The notes below the pieces were generated by a model, which did not search any database, had not been told where the DNA came from, and saw nothing but the letters and a program-made list of their open reading frames with translations. From an uncultured Candidatus Cloacimonadota bacterium (lineage in GTDB: Bacteria > Cloacimonadota > Cloacimonadia > Cloacimonadales > TCS61), in assembly GCA_964433675.1 (NCBI GenBank), contig CAYSSJ010000003.1:38046-102045 (forward strand): a DNA stretch of 64,000 bases, written 5' to 3'. Made by a program: the position numbers and the translations under genes. Of the stretch, positions 18,915 through 27,878 are shown piece by piece (positions within the stretch are counted from its first letter, which is position 1; each line of letters opens with the position of its first letter).

Positions 18915-19240
18915 CTTTTTCTTCTCTTTTTTCGCATTGGTGGTCGATAGTCTAGATCTTTGCACATAAATATTATATTCTCGATATCTAGTCCATACTC
19001 TTTCTTCAGTTGATTGATAATAGACCATTTTCGCAAAACCAATTCTTGCATCCAAATACTGTTTTCGACCATGATATAAAGAGTCCCCTTATCGATCTTT
19101 TGTAAAAAAGTCCTGTTAGCGATCAGCTCGCCGACAACCTCGGGCCAGGCTCTGGAAACTACAAAGAGATCTTTGTACTTCGAGCCTGCAATGTTATCAA
19201 CAATTTTTTGGATAACATTCCCGGCGCGTGTAAAGCTCAT
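18911..19240 (-). CDS. DUF721/DciA-family protein
   Basis: W.EVVG.LIA..T, L.I.V.NS.W.QEL pattern; basic tail. Confidence 0.75.
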   Translation of the reverse strand: MSFTRAGNVIQKIVDNIAGSKYKDLFVVSRAWPEVVGELIANRTFLQKIDKGTLYIMVENSIWMQELVLRKWSIINQLKKEYGLDIENIIFMCKDLDYRPPMRKKRRKR

Positions 19241-19800
19241 TCTTCTTTTTTACGGGTGACCAGAGATAATCCCCACCAAGCTAATACGGCTATGATCAAG
19301 GCTGCATAGTATGCAATACCAAGGGCATTGTAGGACCTGTCATACTGTACCATCAAAAAGCCCGGTAATGTGGCTAATACTATCAGGATCAGATAACCAA
19401 CTATCTGGATGGGAGACTTATTCTCTTTACCACTATTAATAAGAGATATGGCTAAAATCGCTATAAATATTATCAGTGCTGTCAATAATACCAGAAGTAT
19501 ATTGATCAACAATGAAAATTGAGCTGATTCTAAAATCCATACAGGTGTGAGCACGGCGACTAAGACCAAAACCACTCCGATTATTCGAGATATCAACAGA
19601 CGTGTCTCCGGTTTCATCTCAGCTCGGCGTGAGTGTTTTTTTACATAAAGATAGACCAGTCCAAACACAACTATGAAAAACAGTGCAAAAAGTGGCACTG
19701 CAATTTGCCAGTTTTCATTGGAAAAACCTAGAGCGCTGAATGCTGCTAATAAAACCACCCATTTCAACACTGAGACGATTTTGTTCAGTATTCTTTTCAC
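19237..19800 (-). CDS. Hypothetical membrane protein (~6 TM helices)
   Basis: Alternating hydrophobic segments; GTG 19800 follows GGAGG (ORF track 19866); stop overlaps the next start. Confidence 0.7.
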   Translation of the reverse strand: MKRILNKIVSVLKWVVLLAAFSALGFSNENWQIAVPLFALFFIVVFGLVYLYVKKHSRRAEMKPETRLLISRIIGVVLVLVAVLTPVWILESAQFSLLINILLVLLTALIIFIAILAISLINSGKENKSPIQIVGYLILIVLATLPGFLMVQYDRSYNALGIAYYAALIIAVLAWWGLSLVTRKKEE

Positions 19801-19816
19801 ATTAACCTCCGTTTTT

Positions 19817-20260
19817 TTACTCCTTTTCGATGATAACTTGGATCTCACCGACAATATCGGGAGCAAAAGCTATCTCCACTGTATGAGCTCCTAATTCTTT
19901 GAGATGTTTGTCAAGCTTAATATTGGATTTGTGTACTTCAAACCCTTTTGCTTCCAATTCTTCAGCGATATCATTTTCCGAGACCGAACCATAGAGATGG
20001 TCATTTTCGTCTGCTTTTCTCACGAACTTCAGCTCTGTACCAGCTATACTGGCTGCAAGGGCTTTATACTTGTTCTCTTGTTCCAGACGTTCTATCTCAG
20101 CTTTCTGTTTGATCTTTTCGATTCGGGTGATATTCCCTTTTGTAGCCGGAATTGCCAGTTTCTTCGGAAGTAAATAATTCCTGGCATATCCGGGAGATAC
20201 TTTTATCAAAGAACCGGCTTCACCAACTCTTTCGATATCTTTGGTCAATATTACTTTCAT
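19817..20260 (-). CDS. rplI: 50S ribosomal protein L9
   Basis: MKVIL..D...G..G..V..GYARNYLLP, LYGSV. Confidence 0.98.
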   Translation of the reverse strand: MKVILTKDIERVGEAGSLIKVSPGYARNYLLPKKLAIPATKGNITRIEKIKQKAEIERLEQENKYKALAASIAGTELKFVRKADENDHLYGSVSENDIAEELEAKGFEVHKSNIKLDKHLKELGAHTVEIAFAPDIVGEIQVIIEKE

Positions 20261-21123
20261 CTATCTCCTCCATTTATACTTAATTTTCTTAGATTTAACC
20301 AATTATCTACTATGCCGAATAGAATTATCAGCCCCAGTAGATAAATATTGATCAATATGATTATGATAAAGACTATCATCAATAACTTGTGTTTTCTGAA
20401 AAAACTCCCCATAAAATAATCCAGCATAGCGATACCTTGGATAAGATATAACAAACTCAGAATGACTAAGATATTCCCACCTGCTAAACGGGATTGAGGA
20501 ATCAGGGTCAGAACCAATCCGATTATCAATATATAGACGAAATAAAATGGGATTCTTGTCCTTTTATGATCCCATTTCACATCTACTTTTCTGGAAAAAA
20601 TCAAAAGTCCGATATACAATGCCAAACTGATGGTGACCACCCAGATGGCTATATTGTTGCTCAGCATTATCTCTCGAGATTTTTCGCTGAGTTCAAGGAA
20701 ATTTTGTAACAGTTCCGGACGATCGGCAAGCAAGTTTTGCCACATCTCCCGCATCTGTGTCATACTCTCCGATAGTAGGTTTACGATCGTATTCTCGAAG
20801 ATCAAGAAACGAGTATAGGCATAAATACTGTTGTATACCGTTACTATGATCAAGCTGTTGATGTATGTGTATTTATGTCGCAAAAGGTAAAAGCACAATG
20901 CTGTAGATAAACCTACCCCCAATATCATATCCAGACTGTTCATCAGCCTGATAGTATTCAAATTGGCTATCAGGAAGACTAACGCTGTACCAGTGAATAT
21001 GAGATAGTACCTGATACCATTTGGGCGGTTTATATGTCTCCCGCCCAAGATCAGAATGATCAATACACCCCAAAATGGGGATATGGCTGCCACTAGTGCA
21101 GCAAACAACGCTGATAAGATCAC
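20257..21123 (-). CDS. DUF2232/YybS-like membrane protein
   Basis: Multi-TM; YLIQGIA and FGIVDNWLNLRK motifs; typical rpsR-X-rplI position. Confidence 0.8.
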   Translation of the reverse strand: MILSALFAALVAAISPFWGVLIILILGGRHINRPNGIRYYLIFTGTALVFLIANLNTIRLMNSLDMILGVGLSTALCFYLLRHKYTYINSLIIVTVYNSIYAYTRFLIFENTIVNLLSESMTQMREMWQNLLADRPELLQNFLELSEKSREIMLSNNIAIWVVTISLALYIGLLIFSRKVDVKWDHKRTRIPFYFVYILIIGLVLTLIPQSRLAGGNILVILSLLYLIQGIAMLDYFMGSFFRKHKLLMIVFIIIILINIYLLGLIILFGIVDNWLNLRKLSINGGDR

Positions 21124-21124
21124 T

Positions 21125-21469
21125 TTAGTGCTTATCTGTATATGGTATCAGTGCCATTTGACGAGCTTTCTTTATCTCTTTGGTAAGACGGCGCTGATGT
21201 TTGGCACAAGTGCCGGTAAAGCGGCGCGGTGATATCTTACCGCTCTCAGAGATATAGCGTCTCATCAAATCAGCATTTTTATAATCGATCTCTGCATCTT
21301 TGTTTTTACAAAAGAAACAGACCTTTTTCTTAAAAACGAACCTTCTACGATTATCGTTCCTATCAAAGGAACGGGTAGGACGCGATGGTTTCCTTTCTCT
21401 TTTAGTATCTTCTTGTTGTTCTTCTTTATTCTCGTTTTCTGCTTCGATCTTTTTGTTATTCTCTTCCAT
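21125..21469 (-). CDS. rpsR: 30S ribosomal protein S18 (Zn-binding form, charged N-terminal extension)
   Basis: [38 protein letters not shown]. Confidence 0.98.
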   Translation of the reverse strand: MEENNKKIEAENENKEEQQEDTKRERKPSRPTRSFDRNDNRRRFVFKKKVCFFCKNKDAEIDYKNADLMRRYISESGKISPRRFTGTCAKHQRRLTKEIKKARQMALIPYTDKH

Positions 21470-21497
21470 TAATATCTACTCCTCAAATTAATTTTTT

Positions 21498-21917
21498 CTA
21501 AAAGGGCACATCGTCTTCAGTTGTGACATTATCTGTTTTCTCTTCAAAATCTTTGCCTCCAGTATCCGGTTGTGCTGTTTTTTCCAGAAAAGAGATGCGT
21601 TGAGCCACAATCTCGGTAACCTTACGATTCTGATTATCCTTGTCGGTAAATGTTCTTGCTTGTAGCATCCCTTCCACTATGATCGGACTTCCTTTGTGAA
21701 GGATATTCGCACAACGTTCTGCCAACTTGCTCCAGGCGACTATATCAAAGAAACTGGTATCTTCTTGCCATTCGCCATCTTTGAGATAGACACGATTGGA
21801 AGCAATGGGCAATCTTACTACGGGAGTTCCATTTGCGGTATATCGTAAGTCTATATCCTGTGTAAGCCTACCGCTGATTATCACCGAGTTAATACGGGGA
21901 AATTTGAGTTCTGTCAT
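21498..21917 (-). CDS. ssb: Single-stranded DNA-binding protein
   Basis: N.VIISGRL..D..LRYT; KGS.I.VEG.L; C-terminal DDVPF. Confidence 0.97.
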   Translation of the reverse strand: MTELKFPRINSVIISGRLTQDIDLRYTANGTPVVRLPIASNRVYLKDGEWQEDTSFFDIVAWSKLAERCANILHKGSPIIVEGMLQARTFTDKDNQNRKVTEIVAQRISFLEKTAQPDTGGKDFEEKTDNVTTEDDVPF

Positions 21918-21928
21918 AATTTACTCCT

Positions 21929-22210
21929 TTACTTGGCTAAAATATTATAACGAATAATGTTTTCATTAATACGATATTCATTTTCAAATTCGGAAATACG
22001 ATTTGGATCCAAACTAAAGAAATTTACGAAATAATAACCCTCTTTGTACTTTTTGATCTCATAAGAGAGTTTTCTTTTACCCCATTTTTCGGTTTTGACG
22101 ATTTCACCACCATTTTTTTCGATAAACGATAGTAACTTCTCATTCTCTTGTACAGCGTCGTCTTCACTAATCGATGGTATTATTATTACCATGCTTTCGT
22201 ATTTTTTCAT
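21929..22210 (-). CDS. rpsF: 30S ribosomal protein S6
   Basis: KYE.MVII.P, WGKRKLSYEIKK..EG.Y. Confidence 0.97.
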   Translation of the reverse strand: MKKYESMVIIIPSISEDDAVQENEKLLSFIEKNGGEIVKTEKWGKRKLSYEIKKYKEGYYFVNFFSLDPNRISEFENEYRINENIIRYNILAK

Positions 22211-22805
22211 TTTCCCTCCTTTGGTCTTTTGATTCTGAAAGCCCTATGCTTTCAGAATAGGATTTTTTTTCTGAACTGAAATGATCGAGCATAGCTTTGA
22301 AGCCAGCATCGATATAAACTCCCAAGAGTTTATTGGTCATTTCTAAGAGCGAACCGAGTTTCAGTTCTTCTTGTTTTGAGAAATTGGACAGCACATAATT
22401 TGCCCAATTCTCTCCTTCGGGTGAATCTACCCCGATACGCATTCTGCTAAAATCTTTCGAACCCAAGGTATCTCCAATGGAACGGAGGCCATTATGCCCG
22501 CCATAACCACCTTTCTCTCGAATCCTGATCTCACCGAACGGTATGTGGATGTCATCACATATCACGACTATGTCCTCTATATGTTCAGATGTCAGAGCAG
22601 ATAAAACCGCCTCTCCTGATCTGTTCATATAGGTCTTTGGTTTGATGAATAACACATCATCAATTTTGTACCAATCATACAACTTGGCTTTTTTAAAAGA
22701 TCTGTTATGCTCCTGCGCCAGAGCATCTAAGACAAGGAAACCGATATTATGTCTGTTTCTACGGTAATTACTACCCGGATTCCCCAATCCTGCCACTAAT
22801 CTCAT
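22167..22805 (-). CDS. pth: Peptidyl-tRNA hydrolase
   Basis: GLGNPG..Y..NRHNIG, KPKTYMN.SG, GGHNGL, RMRIG, YVL. Confidence 0.97.
   Translation of the reverse strand: MRLVAGLGNPGSNYRRNRHNIGFLVLDALAQEHNRSFKKAKLYDWYKIDDVLFIKPKTYMNRSGEAVLSALTSEHIEDIVVICDDIHIPFGEIRIREKGGYGGHNGLRSIGDTLGSKDFSRMRIGVDSPEGENWANYVLSNFSKQEELKLGSLLEMTNKLLGVYIDAGFKAMLDHFSSEKKSYSESIGLSESKDQRRENEKIRKHGNNNTID
22215..22262 (-). promoter_or_regulatory. Putative S6:S18 autoregulatory mRNA leader of rpsF
   Basis: Minus strand UCCU-[AUUCUGAAAGC AUAGG GCUUUCAGAAU]-CAAAAGA-CCA-A-AGGAGG-GAAA-AUG: anti-SD UCCU, 11-bp hairpin, CCR motif just before the SD. Confidence 0.7.
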
Positions 22806-22811
22806 TTGAGA

Positions 22812-23441
22812 TTATTCTTCTTCGGTTGCTTCGGCTTCTTCTTCTGTCTCTGCTTCTGTTTCTTCAGCTTCCTCTAGTTCCTCTTCCTCTTCTTCTTCTC
22901 TTGGGATTCGGACGGTTACTACCGCTGTATCTGCCGGTAGAGTAACATCAAGCTTATCGCTGAGCTGCAGATCGGAAATATGGATAGTATCACCCAGATC
23001 CAATGCGGAGACATCGATTTCGACATCGTCTATCACATCACTGTACATGCATGTGACTTCCAACTGTCGCAATAATACTTCCAACACGCCACCTTTTTCT
23101 TCGCCGGGTGCTTTACCGGTTATCTTGATCGGGATATCGAGTGTGATTGCTTTGTTCTTGGGCAGTTCCATGAAATCGACATGCAACACATCTCGCGATA
23201 CAGGATGAACTTGCTTATCTTTGATGTAAACTCGATATTCGTGGTCTTCTACCTTCAGATCGATAAAAGCCACTTCACCGATAGTCTTTCTGTAAACTTG
23301 GCTGAATTCACTAGCCAATAAAGATATATTAACACCCGGTTTACCTTCTCCATAAACAATTGCCGGGATAAATCCATCTTTTCTCAATTGCTTTGCACTT
23401 ACTTCTTTGTTTCTTGTTGTAGCTGTTAATTTTATATTCAT
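22812..23441 (-). CDS. rplY: 50S ribosomal protein L25/Ctc
   Basis: LR..G.IPAIVYG, Q.HPV..D.LHVDF; Ctc-type C-domain and acidic tail. Confidence 0.95.
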   Translation of the reverse strand: MNIKLTATTRNKEVSAKQLRKDGFIPAIVYGEGKPGVNISLLASEFSQVYRKTIGEVAFIDLKVEDHEYRVYIKDKQVHPVSRDVLHVDFMELPKNKAITLDIPIKITGKAPGEEKGGVLEVLLRQLEVTCMYSDVIDDVEIDVSALDLGDTIHISDLQLSDKLDVTLPADTAVVTVRIPREEEEEEELEEAEETEAETEEEAEATEEE

Positions 23442-23464
23442 TCTTGCTAACCTCCGTTGTGATT

Positions 23465-24412
23465 CTATCTAAATAATATACTTAATGATTCTTCAATATG
23501 TATTTTTTTGATGGCAATTGCCAGCATTTCGGCGATAGACAATTGCTCTATTTTTTTACACTTTTTCTTCTGGGCAGACAAAGGGATCGAATTTGTGATA
23601 AAAAGTTTCTCGATGGTTGAAGATTCGATATTTTCGATAGCTTTGCCACTCAAAACACCGTGTGAACAGGCAGCGTAGATCTTCGAGGCTCCATTATTTT
23701 TCAGTGTTGTAGCCATTTTAGTAAGACTGCCACCTGAATCTATGATGTCATCAAATAAAATCGCATTCTTATTCTCCACATCACCGATAATATGTAGGAT
23801 CTCTGCTTTATCTTCGTTCCCGACTCTCCTTTTATCACCGATAGCCAAGCTTACATCTAGTCTTTCTGCCAGCGCTCTGGCTCGTTCCGTTCCACCTGTG
23901 TCCGGTGATACGACCACTGTATTTTCCAGAGATACATTACTCTTGAAATGTCTGGCAAATATTGGTAACGAGGAGAGATGATCTACCGGGATATTGAAAA
24001 AACCCTGGATCTGACTGGAATGAAGATCCATCGCCACTATTCTGCTTGCCCCTGCAGTGGTGAGTAGATCTGCTACCAATTTGGCAGTGATCGGTACACC
24101 CCGCTGATCTTTCTTATCTGATCGAGCATAGGCAAAATAAGGAACTACGCAGGTAATGCGCTGTGCAGAGGCACGCTTCAAGGCATCTATCATTATCAAT
24201 AGTTCCATCACATTATCATTTACCGGATAACAGGTCGGTTGGATAATAAAAGTATCCGCTCCGCGAACATTTTCGTTTATCTTCACAAAACTGTTATCAT
24301 TGGAGAATTTGAACACATCGGCATCGCCCAGCGGAATACCTGCGTATTTTGCTACTTCGTTCGCCAATGATTTATTGGCGCTCCCAGTAAAAATCTTTAA
24401 CCTGGAAAACAT
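23465..24412 (-). CDS. prs: Ribose-phosphate pyrophosphokinase
   Basis: ENVRG, PYFAYARSD, DLHSSQIQGFF, VVSPDTGG, DDIIDSGGS. Confidence 0.98.
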   Translation of the reverse strand: MFSRLKIFTGSANKSLANEVAKYAGIPLGDADVFKFSNDNSFVKINENVRGADTFIIQPTCYPVNDNVMELLIMIDALKRASAQRITCVVPYFAYARSDKKDQRGVPITAKLVADLLTTAGASRIVAMDLHSSQIQGFFNIPVDHLSSLPIFARHFKSNVSLENTVVVSPDTGGTERARALAERLDVSLAIGDKRRVGNEDKAEILHIIGDVENKNAILFDDIIDSGGSLTKMATTLKNNGASKIYAACSHGVLSGKAIENIESSTIEKLFITNSIPLSAQKKKCKKIEQLSIAEMLAIAIKKIHIEESLSILFR

Positions 24413-24418
24413 GGCAAA

Positions 24419-24742
24419 TTATTCTTCGTAATTATCCATCTCAGCATTATCTTCTTCGGCAGGTTTTTCGTCTGCGGAAGTTAACGCTTCTTCCAGTGTC
24501 TCTTTGTACTTGGCGACGATCATCTCTTCGATCTTGTTGCGCGTCTCTGTGTTTATAGGATGCGCTATATCACGATATTCACCACTTTTTGTCTTGCGAC
24601 TGGGCATAGCGATAAACAAGCCGTTCTGCCCCTCGATTACCTTGATGTTCCTGATGATGAACGCATCATCGATCACCATGTTCACAAATGCCTTCAGTTG
24701 ATTGTTGTCACGAATAAACACTTTAATATCACTAATGTTCAT
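24419..24742 (-). CDS. spoVG: SpoVG-family nucleic-acid-binding protein
   Basis: LKAF...IDD.F.I..IKVIEG..GLFIAMPSRK...GEYRDIAHPI. Start ATG 24742 (ORF track 24772). Confidence 0.95.
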   Translation of the reverse strand: MNISDIKVFIRDNNQLKAFVNMVIDDAFIIRNIKVIEGQNGLFIAMPSRKTKSGEYRDIAHPINTETRNKIEEMIVAKYKETLEEALTSADEKPAEEDNAEMDNYEE

Positions 24743-24746
24743 CTCT

Positions 24747-25583
24747 CTACTCCTTTTTTGTTGTTTTTGCAATGTAATGCCAATATTTTTTCTCTGAATA
24801 ATAATCTGCTATATTTCTTGCACTTTTTCTGTCGGGGCATAGTCCGAAAACCGTGGCTCCACTACCGGATAATACTGATTTATATGCTCCCATGCTTTCC
24901 ATCTTGCTCACTATATCCCTTATCTGAGGATATGCTTGCTCCACTCCGGGCTGTAGTGCATTTACACAAAATCTGAGATCACGTTCATTGATAATCTTAG
25001 CGAAATTATGATCGAAGTTTTCATAATCGGAAACCTGAGAGTAGGCAAAACCACTGGCTATAGAAAAACCGGGGTTGACCAACACAATATTATCGATGTC
25101 AAAATGAGTTTCTAGCGGAGTGGTTTTTTCTCCTCTCCCTTCACCTATAGCTATACCACCATGAAGGAAAAAGTTTATATCGCTGCCGAATGAGCGCGCG
25201 ATTTTATCCATCTCATCTTCGGACAGATCCAAGTTCCACACTTTATTCAAACCGAGAATGGTTTGAGCAGCATCACTGCTCCCGCCACCTAAACCGGCGG
25301 CGATGGGGATATTCTTCTCTAAGTAAATTTCGACACCCGAATTCACCTTGTATTCTTGCTGTATAAAGAGCGCAACTTTATAAACCAAATTATCTTTATG
25401 ATTTATAAAGTTTGTATTAGTCAAAATCCTAACATCGCTTTTTTTTGTCAAAGTAAAATTTAGGATATCATGCAAATCTATTTCACAAAAGACTGTTCTT
25501 ATCTCATGAAACCCGTCTTCTCGCTTATTTTTTACCTCAAGAAATAAATTTATTTTGGAGTATGCTTTCCGTGATGTAACTAT
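24747..25583 (-). CDS. ispE: 4-diphosphocytidyl-2-C-methyl-D-erythritol kinase (start uncertain: ATA 25583 or ATG 25625)
   Basis: KINLFLEV..KREDGFHEI, KNIPIAAGLGGGSSDAA, GSDI.FF, G.GRGE, SGSGATVF. Confidence 0.93.
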   Translation of the reverse strand: MVTSRKAYSKINLFLEVKNKREDGFHEIRTVFCEIDLHDILNFTLTKKSDVRILTNTNFINHKDNLVYKVALFIQQEYKVNSGVEIYLEKNIPIAAGLGGGSSDAAQTILGLNKVWNLDLSEDEMDKIARSFGSDINFFLHGGIAIGEGRGEKTTPLETHFDIDNIVLVNPGFSIASGFAYSQVSDYENFDHNFAKIINERDLRFCVNALQPGVEQAYPQIRDIVSKMESMGAYKSVLSGSGATVFGLCPDRKSARNIADYYSEKKYWHYIAKTTKKE

Positions 25584-27861
25584 TTCCGCCTCCCTTTTTG
25601 GCTCGCTTTCCCTTCTCGGTTTCATAATAGTAGTAGTAGTAATAATTGTATTCGTAAGCGCTATAATATTTCTGTGGATGAACGCCATTTATTACAGCGC
25701 CGGTAATATCGACTCCAACATTTGCCATCAGTTCTTTTGCTCGTTTGATTATGTTTACATCTGCTTTTCCTACACGCACAACCAGTGCAATAATATCGAC
25801 TTTGTTTGCCAACACCAAAGAGTCGGTAACTGCTATCACTGGTGGTGAATCGAGTAAAATGTAATCGTATTTCTGCTTCAGAATTTTCAATGCCTCATCC
25901 AATCGTTTGGAAGCCAACAGCTCTGATGGATTGGGTGGTATCAAACCGGAAGTGATCGTATCTAAATTTGATATTTGAGTCGGGCTAATTATAGATTCAA
26001 TATCTTTACTTTTATCCATCAGAAAATCTGAGATGCCATTCTCTTTTTCCAGATTAAAAAATGTATGCACAAGAGGGCGGCGTAAGTCGAGGTCGATCTG
26101 CAATACTTTTGCTTCCATCTGAGCTAAGGTTACCGCAAGATTGGTAATAGTCGTAGTTTTACCTTCTCCCGGTCCGGAGCTGGTGACTAATATTGTCATA
26201 GCTTCATCGTTTTTCCTTTTGGAGATCACATTGGTACGGAAAGTTCGAAAAGATTCCGATGCTGCCGATTTGGGTGCATAATTGGTGATCAATTTTTTAT
26301 CTATCTGATTTCTGATGTGCTCCAGTTTTTTTAGTTCCTTGGGATCGGTTGTCTCTTTCATTACTTTTTCCACTTTTTCCAGATCTGCATAAAAGATATT
26401 GATAAATGGGATAGTACCGAGGATCGGTAATGCTACAGAATGTTTCACATCATCAAAAGTGCGGATCTTTTTGTCTAAAGAGTTTATCATAAGTGATGCA
26501 CCTATACCCAGACCTCCACCGATTACAATTGCCAATAAGTAGTTCATTCGTCTGTTCGGTTTAATCGGGCTACCTGGGACAGCTGCTTCTTCTATGAACC
26601 TGATCTGTCCGATCTTCGATTGCTCTACGATTTTGGCATCTTCGTATTTTTCTATCAGCATAGAATATGTTTTCTCGGTGATTGCATATTCTCTTTCCAA
26701 TCTGGCTAATTGCACCTCCGTATCCGGTATGGTAGCCAATCTTTGATTATAGTTGGTAACAACGTCCTGTATGCTTCTTACCTTTGCTTCTGCCAGGTTT
26801 TTTTCTATTTTTGCCGTAGATATCTTGCTTACCAATTCGGCTCGGTAATGTAAAGGATCTGAGGAGCCGGAAGTGGATTGGGTCAGTCTTTGGATCTCAT
26901 CATTCAATCTTGTTTTCACATTTTCAATCTGTCGATCGATTCTCACCAGTTCCGGATGGTCTGGTGTATAATCTTGGCGGGTGAGATAAGTCACATAAGT
27001 TTTTTGTAAGGTAAGGATTTCTGTTCTCAATTGCTCTAATAAAGGTGATGTAAGGATGGAGTTGACATCTTCTAAAATGATATTTTGCTGAGTTAACTGA
27101 GATTGTAAGAAATTGAGGTGATCATCAGCTACTTCCAGATCTGTCTCAGCCGTGGATAATAGCAGACCGAGTTCGGAAGATTGATCTATCAATTTCTTTG
27201 TCTCTTCAGAAAGCATAGAGATACCGTGATCTATCTTGAAATTCCTCAATTCTTCCTCAGCAGCTCTCAGTCTTCTTTCTACCTGATCGAGCTGTTCTTC
27301 CAAAAATTCACGCGTATTTCTGAATTCCATGCGAGCATAGTCGGTATCTTGCTGCATCAAGGCAGAAGCGGCTGCATTTGCTGCTGCTTGAGATTCCTGA
27401 GGCGATGTGGATTCGAAACTGATCGTCAGGATGTCGGTCTCACGTTTGGATTCTACGTTCATCCGGCTATCGAAATATCCGATCGGGCTAAAATTATCTT
27501 CGCTATCATAATGTCTGGGATTGATGGGAAAATCAGCAAAGCGTGGTTCTCTTTGCATTATCTGATAGGCGGTCTGTAATACGGGTCTGCTTTTGAGTAT
27601 CTCTATGGTATTGTTTATCGAAGATGCTTTCTGTCCTACAGGAGCGAATAAGAGATTAGCCGGCGCTCTATCTTCCAGCATTATTTTGGATGAAGCCTGA
27701 TATATTCTGGGAGCTCGAGCTGTATATATGATAGCCAAACCAACCACAACCACAAAGATTATAAGTATTAAATATTTGTATCTAAGTAGTATTGTGATAT
27801 AATCGGATAAATTTATCTCTTGCTCTTGCATTTGATTATTTTCGTTATATTGATTCTCCAT
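25537..27861 (-). CDS. Polysaccharide co-polymerase / BY tyrosine autokinase (Wzc/GumC family)
   Basis: Wzz-type N-terminus, coiled coil, second TM; SESFRTFRT; Walker A SSGPGEGKTT; A' IDLDLRRP; B LLDSPP; tyrosine-rich tail. Confidence 0.93.
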   Translation of the reverse strand: MENQYNENNQMQEQEINLSDYITILLRYKYLILIIFVVVVGLAIIYTARAPRIYQASSKIMLEDRAPANLLFAPVGQKASSINNTIEILKSRPVLQTAYQIMQREPRFADFPINPRHYDSEDNFSPIGYFDSRMNVESKRETDILTISFESTSPQESQAAANAAASALMQQDTDYARMEFRNTREFLEEQLDQVERRLRAAEEELRNFKIDHGISMLSEETKKLIDQSSELGLLLSTAETDLEVADDHLNFLQSQLTQQNIILEDVNSILTSPLLEQLRTEILTLQKTYVTYLTRQDYTPDHPELVRIDRQIENVKTRLNDEIQRLTQSTSGSSDPLHYRAELVSKISTAKIEKNLAEAKVRSIQDVVTNYNQRLATIPDTEVQLARLEREYAITEKTYSMLIEKYEDAKIVEQSKIGQIRFIEEAAVPGSPIKPNRRMNYLLAIVIGGGLGIGASLMINSLDKKIRTFDDVKHSVALPILGTIPFINIFYADLEKVEKVMKETTDPKELKKLEHIRNQIDKKLITNYAPKSAASESFRTFRTNVISKRKNDEAMTILVTSSGPGEGKTTTITNLAVTLAQMEAKVLQIDLDLRRPLVHTFFNLEKENGISDFLMDKSKDIESIISPTQISNLDTITSGLIPPNPSELLASKRLDEALKILKQKYDYILLDSPPVIAVTDSLVLANKVDIIALVVRVGKADVNIIKRAKELMANVGVDITGAVINGVHPQKYYSAYEYNYYYYYYYETEKGKRAKKGGGNSYITESILQNKFIS

Positions 27862-27878
27862 GATTACCTCGCTAATAT

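Noticed and set aside
18915..19055. N-terminal extension on rpe (similarly smpB, rplS, spoVG, rpsT, kdsB, ispG)
   Set aside because: Longest-ORF artefacts; family N-termini and RBS positions point to the downstream starts.
24412..24760. tRNA-Gln often found between ispE and prs
   Set aside because: spoVG fills the interval and the gaps are under 10 bp.
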